The notes under the pieces: generated by a model
What the model was told of the DNA's origin: nothing
What the model saw: only the letters and a program-made list of their open reading frames with translations
Databases searched by the model: none
Assembly: GCA_000934665.2 (NCBI GenBank)
Contig: KZ538510.1
Span: 45,144-65,143, forward strand
Direction: 5' to 3'
Length of the DNA: 20,000 nucleotides
From: Catajapyx aquilonaris
Lineage: Eukaryota
Shown: piece by piece, positions 9,701 through 19,391 of the stretch
Layout of the letters: each line of letters starts with the position of its first letter
How positions within the stretch are numbered: position 1 is the stretch's first letter
Program-made: the position numbers and the translations under genes

Positions 9701-12700
9701 GGACGTCAGCAAAAAAAAAAAAAAAAAAAAGAAAAGAAAAAAAAAAACTGAACACATTACAGGTAGGCGTGAAGGCCCCACCGAGAGTCGAACTCGGACC
9801 GCTGGATTTTCAACTAATCCAGTGTGCTGCCGTTACACCACCGGACCTTCGTTGCCTACGTTTTAACTCTAAGTACAATATCGTGTACCGCACTGTGCGG
9901 ATGGCTGACTTAACACACAATAACTGAAACAGCTTACCGGCAGGGCCGTTCCGTCCGTTTTCCAGAACTGTGCTACTGGGATCATGTGGTAGTTGCACAA
10001 GAATGTGTAGGAATCTGTGCTGTAGGTGTAGTTGTGAGCTTTTAGAGACACTAGAGTGAAGTTGCCCTCGGAGTCGCCATTCTCATCCATGCGGATGTCG
10101 GCACCGGTGATACCTGTCAGAATCAGTCGTTTACAAAAACCCCAATCAATACACATGCTGAAACTGTCGTATTTTGTTGTCTGGAAATTGCATGAATGAG
10201 TCAAGTTTAATGAAAATCGCGTCATAACATTAAGTAATTTCCTGCCGCACATAAGTGACAATCAAACAAGCGGCTGGCCACCCAGTCCTGCACATGCGCC
10301 TCCATCGCAAAATCTCATAAACACAAATAAGATGGCACATGCGCAGGAGGTGGAGTCCAGATGTGCTGCTTTCATTTTCCTTGTATGCTAATACTCTCTA
10401 ACAAACTCCGAACAAGCGCCATCAAAGATTATACTCATCAGAAAGAACTATAGTTTGGTAGCAAAATCGAGCAATATCTGAGCAAGTGACTCATACAGTA
10501 CAAGACTCCATGCTGCGAATTACCTAACATGCATCTTCCTCAAAAATCTGCAATGTAAGCACCAAGCAGACCCACGCACACAAAAAGCCACACTTACTCT
10601 TATACGTCATGTTGCTAATCTCCTTCAAGATGAGAGTGCCATTTCGAGCCAGCGATTGCACTATTGTATCGTTGTCCGCACCGTACCGCTGCATCAGTCT
10701 GTCCAGGGCATGAGCGTACAGGAACACCGAATCGTATAAGTTAGCCGCATAGATACTCACAAACTGCAAAAAAGAAAAAGAAAAAAAGAACGGGGTTCTT
10801 GATTACGTAACGATTGTATATTTAGCAGGAATTCTACACTTTTGATCGTTGTGCTCTTTGCAAAACTTGGGGCTTCCCAGATTATGCAGTCATTCAAGTC
10901 GTCCTTCACATTCCGGTTATGTATATGTCTTTCCTCTCTCAGTCTGCAGGCACGCGAGCAAATACAATCGACATCCGTCACAAAAACCTGAGTCTAGTGC
11001 AACGCATCCAATATTTTGGCCCCCGTACAACTCTGGAATATTTGCAACCTTGCCAAAGTTGGCTCCCACGACTAGTCAAGTGAGGATAATAAAAAAAAAG
11101 TCGATGTTGTAATCGCGACGTCAATGTCTTCCTAACAAACGTGCCAGGTTGCAAATCAAGGGCAACCGGTGTGAATGACTGTAGCTTCAGTTAAAGTGAC
11201 ATAACCTGCATTCGCAATATACATTGTATGAATATGCTAATAGACGAAACACTATAAATTACATATATCTACGGTACTAAAGATATAGCATATTTCATCA
11301 GTCTGTAGCTATGTATAGAATACCTTATAACGCCCACGCCTGCTGTATCATAGAAAGGAGTTTAGACTTCCTTACACTAGTCTTGGCAGCTTGTTCGTGT
11401 ATATTTTGGACTGTAATTACTACATGGAACATGTTAATTAGGAGGCAAAAGTATTCAGTAAGTATTCCGCATGACGGTCATGTTTGACAATGAGATGAAA
11501 CTACGTATATGAATGTTGAGCGAATAAGTCAGACAGTCCCATAGAATACTGTCTTCAACAGTTATCTAATTCACTAGTATTAATAGGCTCAGTCCAGAAT
11601 ATTTAATGCGGTAACTGACATATATAGGGCTTGTTTTAAAGAGATTACATCAAAGCGAGTTATGTGACATTATTCCCCAAACCGCTCTAATCCTTTCCCT
11701 ATTATGACTTACTGCGGCGATTAATCTCGTCAGAGCCACCCCAAGATCACGCTGGGTAAGTCGAAGGGACAGGATGAAATACATACCAACGGCATAAAAA
11801 AACGATGTTCAACGAGTACAAATATCCGATATTAATTGAAAAAACGATTCACAAGCGATCCACAGGATATTACACAAACGCCTAGATCCGCGTCGTGATG
11901 GTCATTCCTATACCATAACTTAAACAACGACGGTCTCCCAGCACAGTAACGTTAGCAGCGCCTGCGATTTAAAACTGCGTCTCAAATACATTGCCAGTGC
12001 AGATATAGGTATCTCGACTGCTGGAACATCGGATAAGTCAAGGCGCCGTATACGCCATGAGTCCCATGACCTATTGTTTCGGGAGCGGTTGTGATCGACA
12101 GTCCTCTCGTCAATTCCCCCAAATACGTATATCTAAATGGTAAGAATAAAGTTTGAGAGGTTCAGTCAAGGACCAGGGGTCCTGCCACAGGAAAACATGG
12201 AAGTTCACAATGCAATTATGCAATTTGGAGCACCCACTCACCCCCTGGGCTCTGTGGCCCTCATTCAATCTCGCCAGCTAAGAAAAGAACAAATAACCTA
12301 GCCCAGAGCATAACCTTCCTTTCTCCATCCAGCTAGTCCTATCTGAATAATCTAGGCAGCAAAATCAACCGCCAGGCATTATGGCATATTCGCAAAGCCA
12401 CTCCCTAAACGAACTTCAGAAGCTCAATTTACATATCAATGCCAAATTGAGCTTTTAAAGTTCTCTTGGACAAAAAAGTGGCTGTATGAATAGAGTAATA
12501 GACCATTACCTCCCTTCCTTGTACTGTACAGCACATGACGAGAAACAAATGATCTTTGAACACATCTTTGATTCTCAAATAACATATAGGAAACGTACTG
12601 TGCTGGACATTAACTGTACAGCACTGTACCAGAAATGACATAAAGGACATACCTTCTTCATTCCGAAGACGGACGGATTCGGAAATTTGAAAGGCTCTTT

Positions 12701-15036
12701 CAATGTGTACTCCTGAACTTCGCTGGAAAAATTGGTGAAGTCTTGATCCGGCGGTGTAGCCGCTACCACCAGCAGTGACCTGGCTGCCTCCAAGTTCAGC
12801 GCATTGTTGCAATGCATATGTTCCTTGCTACCAACTATCTCACGAGCTAAAGGTGAAGGAGGTAGTTAGTTGGCGAGGGAAAATGGGGGTTATGACTTTT
12901 ATGAATATGTAGAGTAAGCATCCAGATATGGTCGGGACAATGTCCCTGAAATCCGTTGCAAAAGGGCCTTTAAGTGCACGAGGAGGGCCATCGATTTTCC
13001 CACCCTCCCACCCACCCACTCTCCACAGGCTCATATGCCCAAAAAACGCCCTGGGGGACGTTAGCCCCAGTTTCTGTGGAGAAGTTCATTCACGGAACAA
13101 CCGCATTTTCTCAACACTATCGATCAATTACGTGAACCTGTCCTGGAGCTTAGGTGCGAGACGCTCCTGGTCTAGATTTATAATTGCTGCCAAGGGTTTA
13201 AAAGACGAAAAGATTATACGCTCAAAATTGGCGGCTTGACATCACCGAACACTCGCCATCTCCAAGTGAATTGGCCCTGTCATTTATGCATGGACACATT
13301 TTCTTAAGTCTCGAACGGGGTTCATATATGATCCGGTGTATGGGTATGGCACGGGTATAGCGGCCGGTGGATCCTCCAACTACGTTTCATAGGTACTGGG
13401 AGGCACGTGTGGCAGTTATTGGATTGCCGCAATGTGGGGATGGGGGTCCTGAACCTAAACCAGTCTTGCAAATAAAAACACCGGCTCGTGCCCAAAGGAT
13501 AAAGGCCTTGAGGCCAATGGATGACAACTCTGAGTCGCACGGTAGGACTACCGACTACGGAGTGAATTCGTCTGGCAGCGTGGCTCAAGAGCTTTCTGGA
13601 TGAGACAACCAAGATCGACAAGCTCCTGTCGCGACGGTTTTCACAAACTTGGTGGTCAGAAACAACGACATACCAGGACGGATACATCCTCCCGAATTTT
13701 GATTACAGTATAAAAGTTCCTACGGCAGTAGGATGACCAGCACATTACTATACCCTCAATCACATGTGACGGGAGGTAGGTCGTACTTCTCAGAGCTCTT
13801 AAGCCATCGATATGAATCTTCTCTTACAATTTCTGAACCAAGAACATTTCAGGTCGCCTCTTTTATTTAGTATAAGCCTGTCACATTTGGCGGGCTCAAG
13901 AATACAGGCGAGTCCGAGACATTTTCACAGATATGAATGTACTTGTAAGCTTGCTTATGAAACCCACCACATGCAGGATCAAAATACTCACAGAAAAGGT
14001 ACCGGTACGCCTCTCGCTCAGTGTACATCATGAGATCGACGTATATGACCATGTACTCCCCCTTGTTGAACAAGTTGATCCGCTTCATATTGGTCATCAT
14101 GGCCATGAAGTGCTTGTGCTCGCCCAGAAATACGTACACTGCAATAGTTCCGAGAAAGAGAGTCATCGCACACCCCAAAACCCATCAGTGGTGGCCGTCA
14201 ACCGTGAGCGACAGAAAACAACTGCTCGTGTAAATGCATGCCGATATAAAATGACGGTAAGAATTTGGCAAGACTTGTAAATGGCACGATTTTAATTTAA
14301 TTAATTCAAATTTTAAATGAATTTCTACACGATATCGGAATGATATGTTGAAGAAGTTGCTTCCCCCTCGCATGAACGTGCACAGTACTCACACCTGGTG
14401 CTGTCTTTGGTCTTCATGATGACATCGTACCAGTAGCCCGCCTTGCAGCATGGCTTCTCCTCTTGGCAGCACATGTTCTCGTCGTAGAACTCCTTGAAGG
14501 CGTTGATGGTCATGTTGTTGTCTAGCGCAAGTTTTCGCAGGGACTTCCCCACCGTCTTCCATTTGTCACTGCTTTCCACCAGGATAGTGAACTTGCGCCA
14601 TTCGTAGTACTTTAGCAAAGCGATCACGGATTTCGTTATCTGAAAACCGGAAGGAGGCATCCTTGTTATTCGCCATTCTTTTCGGGTCACATCGATTATT
14701 TTGGATGTCGGAAGGTACAGAAATTTCAAGCATTCGCAAGTGCTGTGAAAGCTGTTTACATGCCTATCAGTCAGCGACGCATGTGTGTTGTTTTAGAGTC
14801 AAGACTGAGGGTGAACTTTGCACAAGCAGTGACGTCCAACGCGGATATATTCCCATTTAACCCTCGAAATGTTGGCACAATACCGGACAATGCAAGTAGT
14901 ATGACGTCACCGACAGAACCTCCCCAGATTCCAATATAGCAAAAATAGGAAACAAACATACCTGAGTATCTGGGGTGTCAGTTCGTGCGAAGGTTGGAAA
15001 TTTCTTCTTGTCCGAAACCGTGTTGTCTGAGCATTT
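1..15036 (-). CDS. Gyc76C: Receptor-type (membrane) guanylyl cyclase, Gyc76C/NPR-like; partial gene (N-terminal exons and stop codon not found in window), 16 exons visible
   Basis: Exons with GT/AG boundaries join in matching phase: 15036-14962, 14639-14393, 14138-13992, 12846-12653, 10763-10598, 10113-9938, 9141-8857, 5541-5281, [gap], 4023-3858, 3758-3612, 3386-3182, 1847-1707, 1340-1217, 1162-1064, 1008-864, 796-1. Domain order is ANF-receptor ECD, TM, pseudokinase ([14 protein letters not shown]), hinge, cyclase ([38 protein letters not shown]). Family is certain. The Gyc76C assignment rests on my recall of the CC..CC..GYWY cluster, [17 protein letters not shown] and the PPLFCRP-containing tail, so orthology is less certain. 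Confidence 0.9.
864..1008 (-). CDS. Gyc76C: Receptor GC exon, cyclase domain (VSGLPIRNG...LRIGIHT)
   Basis: cccgcag acceptor, CAG|gtatgt donor, 145 nt, phase 0/1. Confidence 0.96.
1064..1162 (-). CDS. Gyc76C: Receptor GC exon, cyclase domain ([13 protein letters not shown]...[12 protein letters not shown])
   Basis: cttgtag acceptor, GTG|gtatgt donor, 99 nt; guanine-specifying Glu (KVE) and second metal-binding Asp (IGD). Confidence 0.96.
1217..1340 (-). CDS. Gyc76C: Receptor GC exon, cyclase domain (PVAEQL...[22 protein letters not shown])
   Basis: ttccttag acceptor, CAG|gtaggc donor, 124 nt, phase 2/0; first metal-binding Asp in FSDIVGF. Confidence 0.96.
1375..1667. mobile_element. Non-autonomous foldback/MITE DNA transposon, TGT..ACA termini, 4-bp TSD CATA (Ginger-like)
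   Basis: Left end tgttaggttcaaacccggaaaacggcca is the near-perfect reverse complement of right end tggccgttttcggggttcgagcctaaca. The inverted similarity continues about 115 nt inward. CATA flanks both sides (1371-1374, 1668-1671). Confidence 0.85.
1707..1847 (-). CDS. Gyc76C: Receptor GC exon, hinge/dimerisation helix ([40 protein letters not shown])
   Basis: ttcttacag acceptor, GC|gtaagc donor, 141 nt, phase 2/2. Confidence 0.95.
3182..3386 (-). CDS. Gyc76C: Receptor GC exon, end of kinase-homology domain (IVDMVR...PFRP...[23 protein letters not shown])
   Basis: ttcaacag acceptor, AT|gtaagt donor, 205 nt, phase 1/2. Confidence 0.93.
3612..3758 (-). CDS. Gyc76C: Receptor GC exon, kinase-homology domain ([10 protein letters not shown]...[20 protein letters not shown])
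   Basis: ttccctcag acceptor, AAG|gtagtt donor, 147 nt, phase 1/1. Confidence 0.94.
3858..4023 (-). CDS. Gyc76C: Receptor GC exon, kinase-homology domain ([32 protein letters not shown]..)
   Basis: atttcag acceptor, gtgagt donor, 166 nt, phase 0/1; HGN replaces catalytic HRD as in receptor-GC pseudokinases. Confidence 0.94.
4291..4632. other. Assembly gap (342 N) flanked by G13 and C17 homopolymers
   Basis: N run; G run at 4278-4290 and C run at 4633-4649. Confidence 0.98.
4839..4985. repeat. Degenerate inverted repeat (MITE-like hairpin relic)
   Basis: Left arm ctggtcaacgccttgattatggtattccccgcaccccccacc aligns to the reverse complement of the right arm, ctggtcaattaccttg(gctgacccacttg)attgcaggtatgccccctcccccaccc. 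Confidence 0.55.
5281..5541 (-). CDS. Gyc76C: Receptor GC exon, start of kinase-homology domain ([11 protein letters not shown]...[15 protein letters not shown]...[11 protein letters not shown])
   Basis: atacag acceptor, gtaagt donor, 261 nt, phase 0/0. Confidence 0.93.
5807..5829. repeat. (AAAT)n-like microsatellite
   Basis: aataaataaataataaataaata. Confidence 0.7.
7330..7364. mobile_element. hAT (Charlie/Buster-type) transposon terminus remnant
   Basis: ggggtcgcgacccgaaaaaggttgggaaccactg; the reverse complement begins CAGTGGTTCCCAACCT, a typical hAT TIR. The next 8 bp, ggtTAgag, fit the nnnTAnnn target consensus. No partner TIR found. Confidence 0.6.
8857..9141 (-). CDS. Gyc76C: Receptor GC exon, juxtamembrane Cys motif and transmembrane helix
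   Basis: tttcttgccag acceptor, AAG|gtaaag donor, 285 nt, phase 0/0. [11 protein letters not shown] motif, hydrophobic [23 protein letters not shown], then stop-transfer RKWK and [12 protein letters not shown]. Confidence 0.93.
9280..9343 (-). pseudogene. Decayed second tRNA-Gln-like copy
   Basis: Minus strand reads GGACTTTGTGTAATGGTAGCCTTCTGGTTTGATGATAATCCTGAGTTCGACTCTCAGTGTGCCT. It retains an A-box-like GTGTAATGG and an intact T arm CTGAG-TTCGACT-CTCAG; the anticodon and acceptor arms are broken. Confidence 0.65.
9711..9747 (-). terminator. Oligo-T tract, candidate RNA Pol III terminator for the tRNA-like gene
   Basis: Minus strand has T11-C-T4-C-T20 starting about 25 nt after the tRNA-like 3' end, in the correct orientation. 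Confidence 0.6.
9773..9847 (-). tRNA. tRNA-Gln(TTG)-like gene or pseudogene with atypical anticodon arm (intronic)
   Basis: Minus strand reads GGTCCGG TG GTGT AACGGCA GCAC A CTGGATT AGTTGAA AATCCAG CGGT CCGAG TTCGACT CTCGG TGGGGCC T. Cloverleaf with A-box (TGGTGTAACGG) and B-box (GAGTTCGACTC); body resembles eukaryotic tRNA-Gln. It has 4 extra nt in the anticodon arm and a G6:G67 acceptor mismatch. Confidence 0.75.
9938..10113 (-). CDS. Gyc76C: Receptor GC exon, ECD ([20 protein letters not shown]...GTALP)
   Basis: gacag acceptor, CCG|gtaagc donor, 176 nt, phase 1/0; (S)ITG...DENGD.EGNF motif. Confidence 0.93.
10598..10763 (-). CDS. Gyc76C: Receptor GC exon, ECD ([20 protein letters not shown]...[15 protein letters not shown])
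   Basis: Long T-rich tract plus tgcag acceptor, gtaagt donor, 166 nt, phase 0/1; LYDSV.LYA.AL motif. Confidence 0.93.
12653..12846 (-). CDS. Gyc76C: Receptor GC exon, ECD (REIVGSKEH...EAARSLLVV...[15 protein letters not shown])
   Basis: tccttcacctttag acceptor, AAG|gtatgt donor, 194 nt, phase 1/0; EAARSLLVV and V..Y..KEPF.F motifs. Confidence 0.88.
13992..14138 (-). CDS. Gyc76C: Receptor GC exon, ECD ([10 protein letters not shown]...GEYMVIYVD...YRYLF)
   Basis: ttgcag acceptor, gtgagt donor, 147 nt, phase 1/1; GEYMVIYVD motif. Confidence 0.92.
14393..14639 (-). CDS. Gyc76C: Receptor GC exon, ECD ([14 protein letters not shown]...[15 protein letters not shown]...KDSTR)
   Basis: ttttcag acceptor, T|gtgagt donor, 247 nt (82 codons +1); split codon T+TG gives TRLYVFLG. 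Confidence 0.92.
14962..15036 (-). CDS. Gyc76C: Receptor GC exon, ECD ([25 protein letters not shown])
   Basis: tttacag acceptor, CAG|gtatgt donor, 75 nt, phase 0/0; [11 protein letters not shown] motif typical of receptor GC ECDs. Not represented in the ORF track. Confidence 0.92.
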
Positions 15037-18000
15037 CTGTAAAAGAACAATCGTTATTATTTAGCAAGTGCCCCTTGAGAGCGCAACAATAAAACATGGC
15101 CGGAACATGTACAGAGGAATGTAGAAAAAACAGCAGATGAAAATCCCCGTGGCGCCGAGCTGGCTTCAATATTCCACGCCCCTGATTATATCAGTCCGGT
15201 CTAACCTCAGCAATGCAAAATCAAAAAGTTGGCTAACAGCTCAGACAGACCTCAAGAGATAACAGGAGATAAGTGACCGGCTTCTCTGATTGCATCTTCA
15301 CACCCAGTGGAATGGGATAGCCTACAGATGTAGTGACGTACAATGTTTTCAGCCTTATGGTACTGACGTCATAAGTTCTTATATTTAGTTACATTGTTGA
15401 TATTGTTGACAAACCTTGTTGCCCAAATGTTCTGACGTTATTACTGAGGCTGAATACGTTATATTATAAACTCACAGAACCCATTTAGGGCCGGGTATCC
15501 AGTGGCCCGCAAATATTTTTCTTTTAGATAATTTGAAAGAAAAGTGGAAAATTTCAGTGTGGTCGTCAACAATAAACACCAATTAAATTTTCCATTTTCC
15601 CGTCTAAAAATGTTTCCTGGTCTCGGCACAACAGGTCCTTACTGGAACATGGGACGTTTTAAATAATCAACATGTCAGGCTGGAAAAACAGACTTAGCTA
15701 TGAGCAGTATATAGAAGGAAGTTGGACAAATCTAGTTTTTGGACGCCACGTTTTGTCATGTCAAGCACCTTGTCGAGTCTTCTCCATTAGCGGGTGTCTA
15801 AGCATGAGTATTCGGCCTTGAAATTCTAGCTACTAAAAACGTTCACGGGCCTTAGAAATGATAGCAGTAGATGGCCCAACATACTATAAAATATGTACTA
15901 TAAATATGTACTATGTGTGCCCAAAGCTCAGTTGTATTTTTACACTGTACAGCAAAATTTTATAAGCAATGTACCTTCGTTGTTGGACCACCTTGCATCT
16001 GTGCATTCTATGCATCATCAATAGTATAGTAGAAGTAACAGTTGCGTGATTTAGGCACATTCTCAAGGCATATTAAGAAGATGAGGTATTAACAGAGCAT
16101 AAACTGCAGTGTCACAACGCGGTGCTCTAGTGTACTGTCACTGCTGTGTAAGAGATTCATTTACATACCGCAGCTTCATTTTGACAAAAAAATGACCAGC
16201 ACGTGACAAAACGCTGGCTACGACACCGACAAGGAATGACCTCGCCGTAAACAAAAGCGGAAGACACGTGGGTGACGGAAAAGGCGTTTCCACCACAAGG
16301 GAGACATGATGAAGTCACTAATCACCAGAGGTTTATGACACGCACTGTTATTTTTTCCATCGAAACTAAATAGTCCACAATGAATAACGCATGTTGTTCA
16401 CATTCTTCCCGAAAATAATCCCAATAAATGAAGAGGTGACTCATGTCATAATAATATGTAACCATTAATATCTCTACCAATAAGGGCGTCAATTGGCCAA
16501 TCCGTTATCTAAAATGCAGCCAAAGATGAGTTTATTTGCCTGAATAGGAAAGAAAAATGTGATGAGTTGTGGTATCAAAGGAGGTCAGTTTTTACGATAT
16601 CACATGCAATGAGTTTATTAACTTCAAGTAAAACGCGAAAAAACATGTGGGCAGTGAAATTAGGCCGGCTTATACCACATGTGACAACTGGGGACGTTGT
16701 GACATCGCCATTTTATCAGAAATGCGAATGACCCCTGATATTACGAAACCAAGAAGAGATTCAAAATGCACTTCCTTCATAATTTTTAATTCAGATTATT
16801 TTCATCATTTACATATTTTACGCATTAAAATGCCCGTACAATAATTATTACTGACGCAACTAGTTCTCTCATGACTCATTTCCCTTCCATGTCCTGATGC
16901 CAAATGCCTTTTCTTTTCCTTACTCGCTTGGGCTGGAATCTCATGTGTTCTTATGATGGGTTTACTCTGATTACATTAAACCATAGAGGAAGTCAATCAG
17001 CACTATTTCTTACCAGAAGCCACAAAAATCACAATCGCCTGAAACATTTAGTCAGTCACGGCATCAACTGCTTAACTTAATAAAAATAAAACTTTCAGAG
17101 TAGCTGAAATGGATAGAGCTGGATGGGCAGTGGAGTATTGGATGTACAATATTGCCCGCGGCCTCTATTGTGACTTGGGGGATTAAAAGACCCGCTTCCC
17201 TATTCCATCCATCTGTCTCCTTGAGCCTTAGCGACACTGAACTGAATCTGTTTCTCGAAAGTAAAAATATTTGCTTTTGATCAAAATGGGAAAATAAAGC
17301 GCTTCGTTTTCATAGTTAGCACGACTCGCATATACGAATAACAACACATGATTACTGTCCGCATGCAATAAGCGCATATGATAAGCACTTCCCATACATT
17401 GAAGCGTCATAAAACTCGACATCCTCTGCTTCATAAACTACGTTAACTACCAGATAATTTTCAAAATCATGCACCATCCGCTTCCCCTATACATTTGCGA
17501 AATCCCTCTTTCACAAACGTTACGCAATTTGAGGGTCGACGCGACGCGTCCCACCGCGTTTCCTACCCAACCGTGACACGTCACCTCCCTCGGTCTATTT
17601 AATGTGACTATACATTATACTATTATAGCACTTTAGCTCCTTATCGTCTCCTCCAAAAATACTCTGGGGGGCTTCCAGGATGTTAGGCTTCCCCACAAGC
17701 CACACACTGCGGCACAACATCCTCCGCTTCTACGAATTGTTCAAGTGGTCGTAAACGCTCTGTACTCTACTTCCCTAGAATTCACTCCTTTTCAAGCTGC
17801 CATATTGCATATTGCCTCCCGTTTCAAAGAACCTTCAATATGAGGAAGAGGAAGATGGAAATGATCAAACATATACGTAATTCGTACATAACCCTGCGAC
17901 TCACAGTACAGTTCCGGAAGCATTCCTATAAGCTAGCCATTAGACAGCAGCAGGATGATGCAATTTTACCATTCGGCAAAATAGTGTGCATAGCAAGGTA

Positions 18001-19287
18001 TCGCTGTGAAACGACGATAAGCATATAATATCAGTTGTATGCCCATAAAATTTGACCCTTACCCTTGTTTACGATCAGTATTACTCTTCCGCTTCTTCTT
18101 TTGTCCTCTCGTGGCACTGAACCCCCCCCCCCCCTTCGGATTTAAACCACTGTGTGCCAACAGGAATCAGCAAAATAACCCCGGAATCGCAGTGCCCAGT
18201 ATATTGACACCACACGACCTTTTGCACACTCCCGGGTTCGCTGTCCTTTGCTATATATCGCTCGACAGCCCTATAATTTTCTTTCGCCAAAACTATAATT
18301 TCAATGCTATATAGCAGCCGGCTGCTTTTAATATCCTGCCCTCTTGTCACAGGTACGTCACGTGAATTGATTCTTACAAGGAAAATAGCACAGCAAGTTT
18401 GCCTCGCGAAGTGGAAAATTTGCTTTGCATAACATTGCATATTGAATATTGGCTGGAGCTTCCGGATTCTTCCGATGACGTTTACGGCCAATATCTGTGC
18501 GGAAACGGGACTTCGCGTCCCTGATATTTTCAGAATGTGGCAGAAAACATGACCACGCTATTTTTATATTCTACCAGGCAGAGAGAATAAGGAAAGAAAA
18601 TCGCATAGAGTCGCCCCTTTTTTTCTACTGGCTCATTACAAGTACTACTCGTTATGATGACTCATCCCATCAAGTTTAATGACACCGAGGCAATGATGCC
18701 AAGTACTGGGCGCAAAAGGGTTGGGTCTGCAATATGTACATGTATCTACCAGTGGATAATGACGTGCCCAAATTTCCCGTAAGTTCTGGCTGATAGATAG
18801 TCGCCGCCACGTTTAGACGTAGTGGCTGGTAGGCCAGACTCATCACACTTGAACCGGTGGCCAATCACTGCAAGTGGATTCGCATATCCGTGACGTATTG
18901 GCGTTGTGTATGCAAGGTGGACAGTAAATTTTTCTTATTTTAAGACCAAATATTCTACAACATATAAACACTGACGATTAATTGCGGGGGACATAATCAA
19001 TTAAGTAATTTATTGTCAATAAGTAATTATGAATTATGAACTGATAAGCAATTTATTGTGAATCGTTCCGCGAAAATCTTCCGTGAAAGACAGGTTTCCG
19101 CTGTATAGGGCGGCACTAAACTAGAATTTGGTAGGCCGTAGAAACCACGTGTATTACCTGAATAATCAGCATTAAATCAGTCGTTGCGGAAAACAAATTA
19201 ATAACTGGGCAGTTATTTGAGTAACATTCACCAAACGTGTACCAAAAGTCTTAGGCCAAGCCACAGTATATATTTAAAATTAGATAC

Positions 19288-19391
19288 TATCGATACATAA
19301 AGAATAAATATTAATAATATCGATACATAAAGAATAAATATTAATAATATCGATACATAAAGAATAAATATTAATAATATTGATACATAAA
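19288..19391. repeat. 30-bp AT-rich tandem repeat, 3 exact copies plus partial
   Basis: cgatacataaagaataaatattaataatat at 19291, 19321 and 19351; partial tgatacataaa at 19381. Confidence 0.95.

Noticed and set aside
9711..9747. Poly-A tail of a plus-strand retroposon
   Set aside because: No TSD or recognisable element body upstream on the plus strand; its position fits a minus-strand Pol III terminator better, though a retroposon tail is not excluded.
11040..11156. 14-bp imperfect inverted repeat atttgcaaccttgc / gccaggttgcaaat
   Set aside because: No TSD or further extension; may be chance or an unclassifiable relic.
14640..14729. In-frame upstream extension ...[11 protein letters not shown] that resembles the family's RT.P..Q motif
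   Set aside because: These codons come from the polypyrimidine tract and CAG acceptor; the real motif is supplied by exon 14962-15036.
14902..18664. CRE (TGACGTCA at 14902, 15364) and AP-1-like (TGACTCA at 16437, 16872, 18658) motifs
   Set aside because: Short, dispersed motifs that also occur in coding exons; no support for function from sequence alone.
19288..19391. CRISPR-like array
   Set aside because: Repeats are directly adjacent with no spacers; eukaryotic context and no cas genes.
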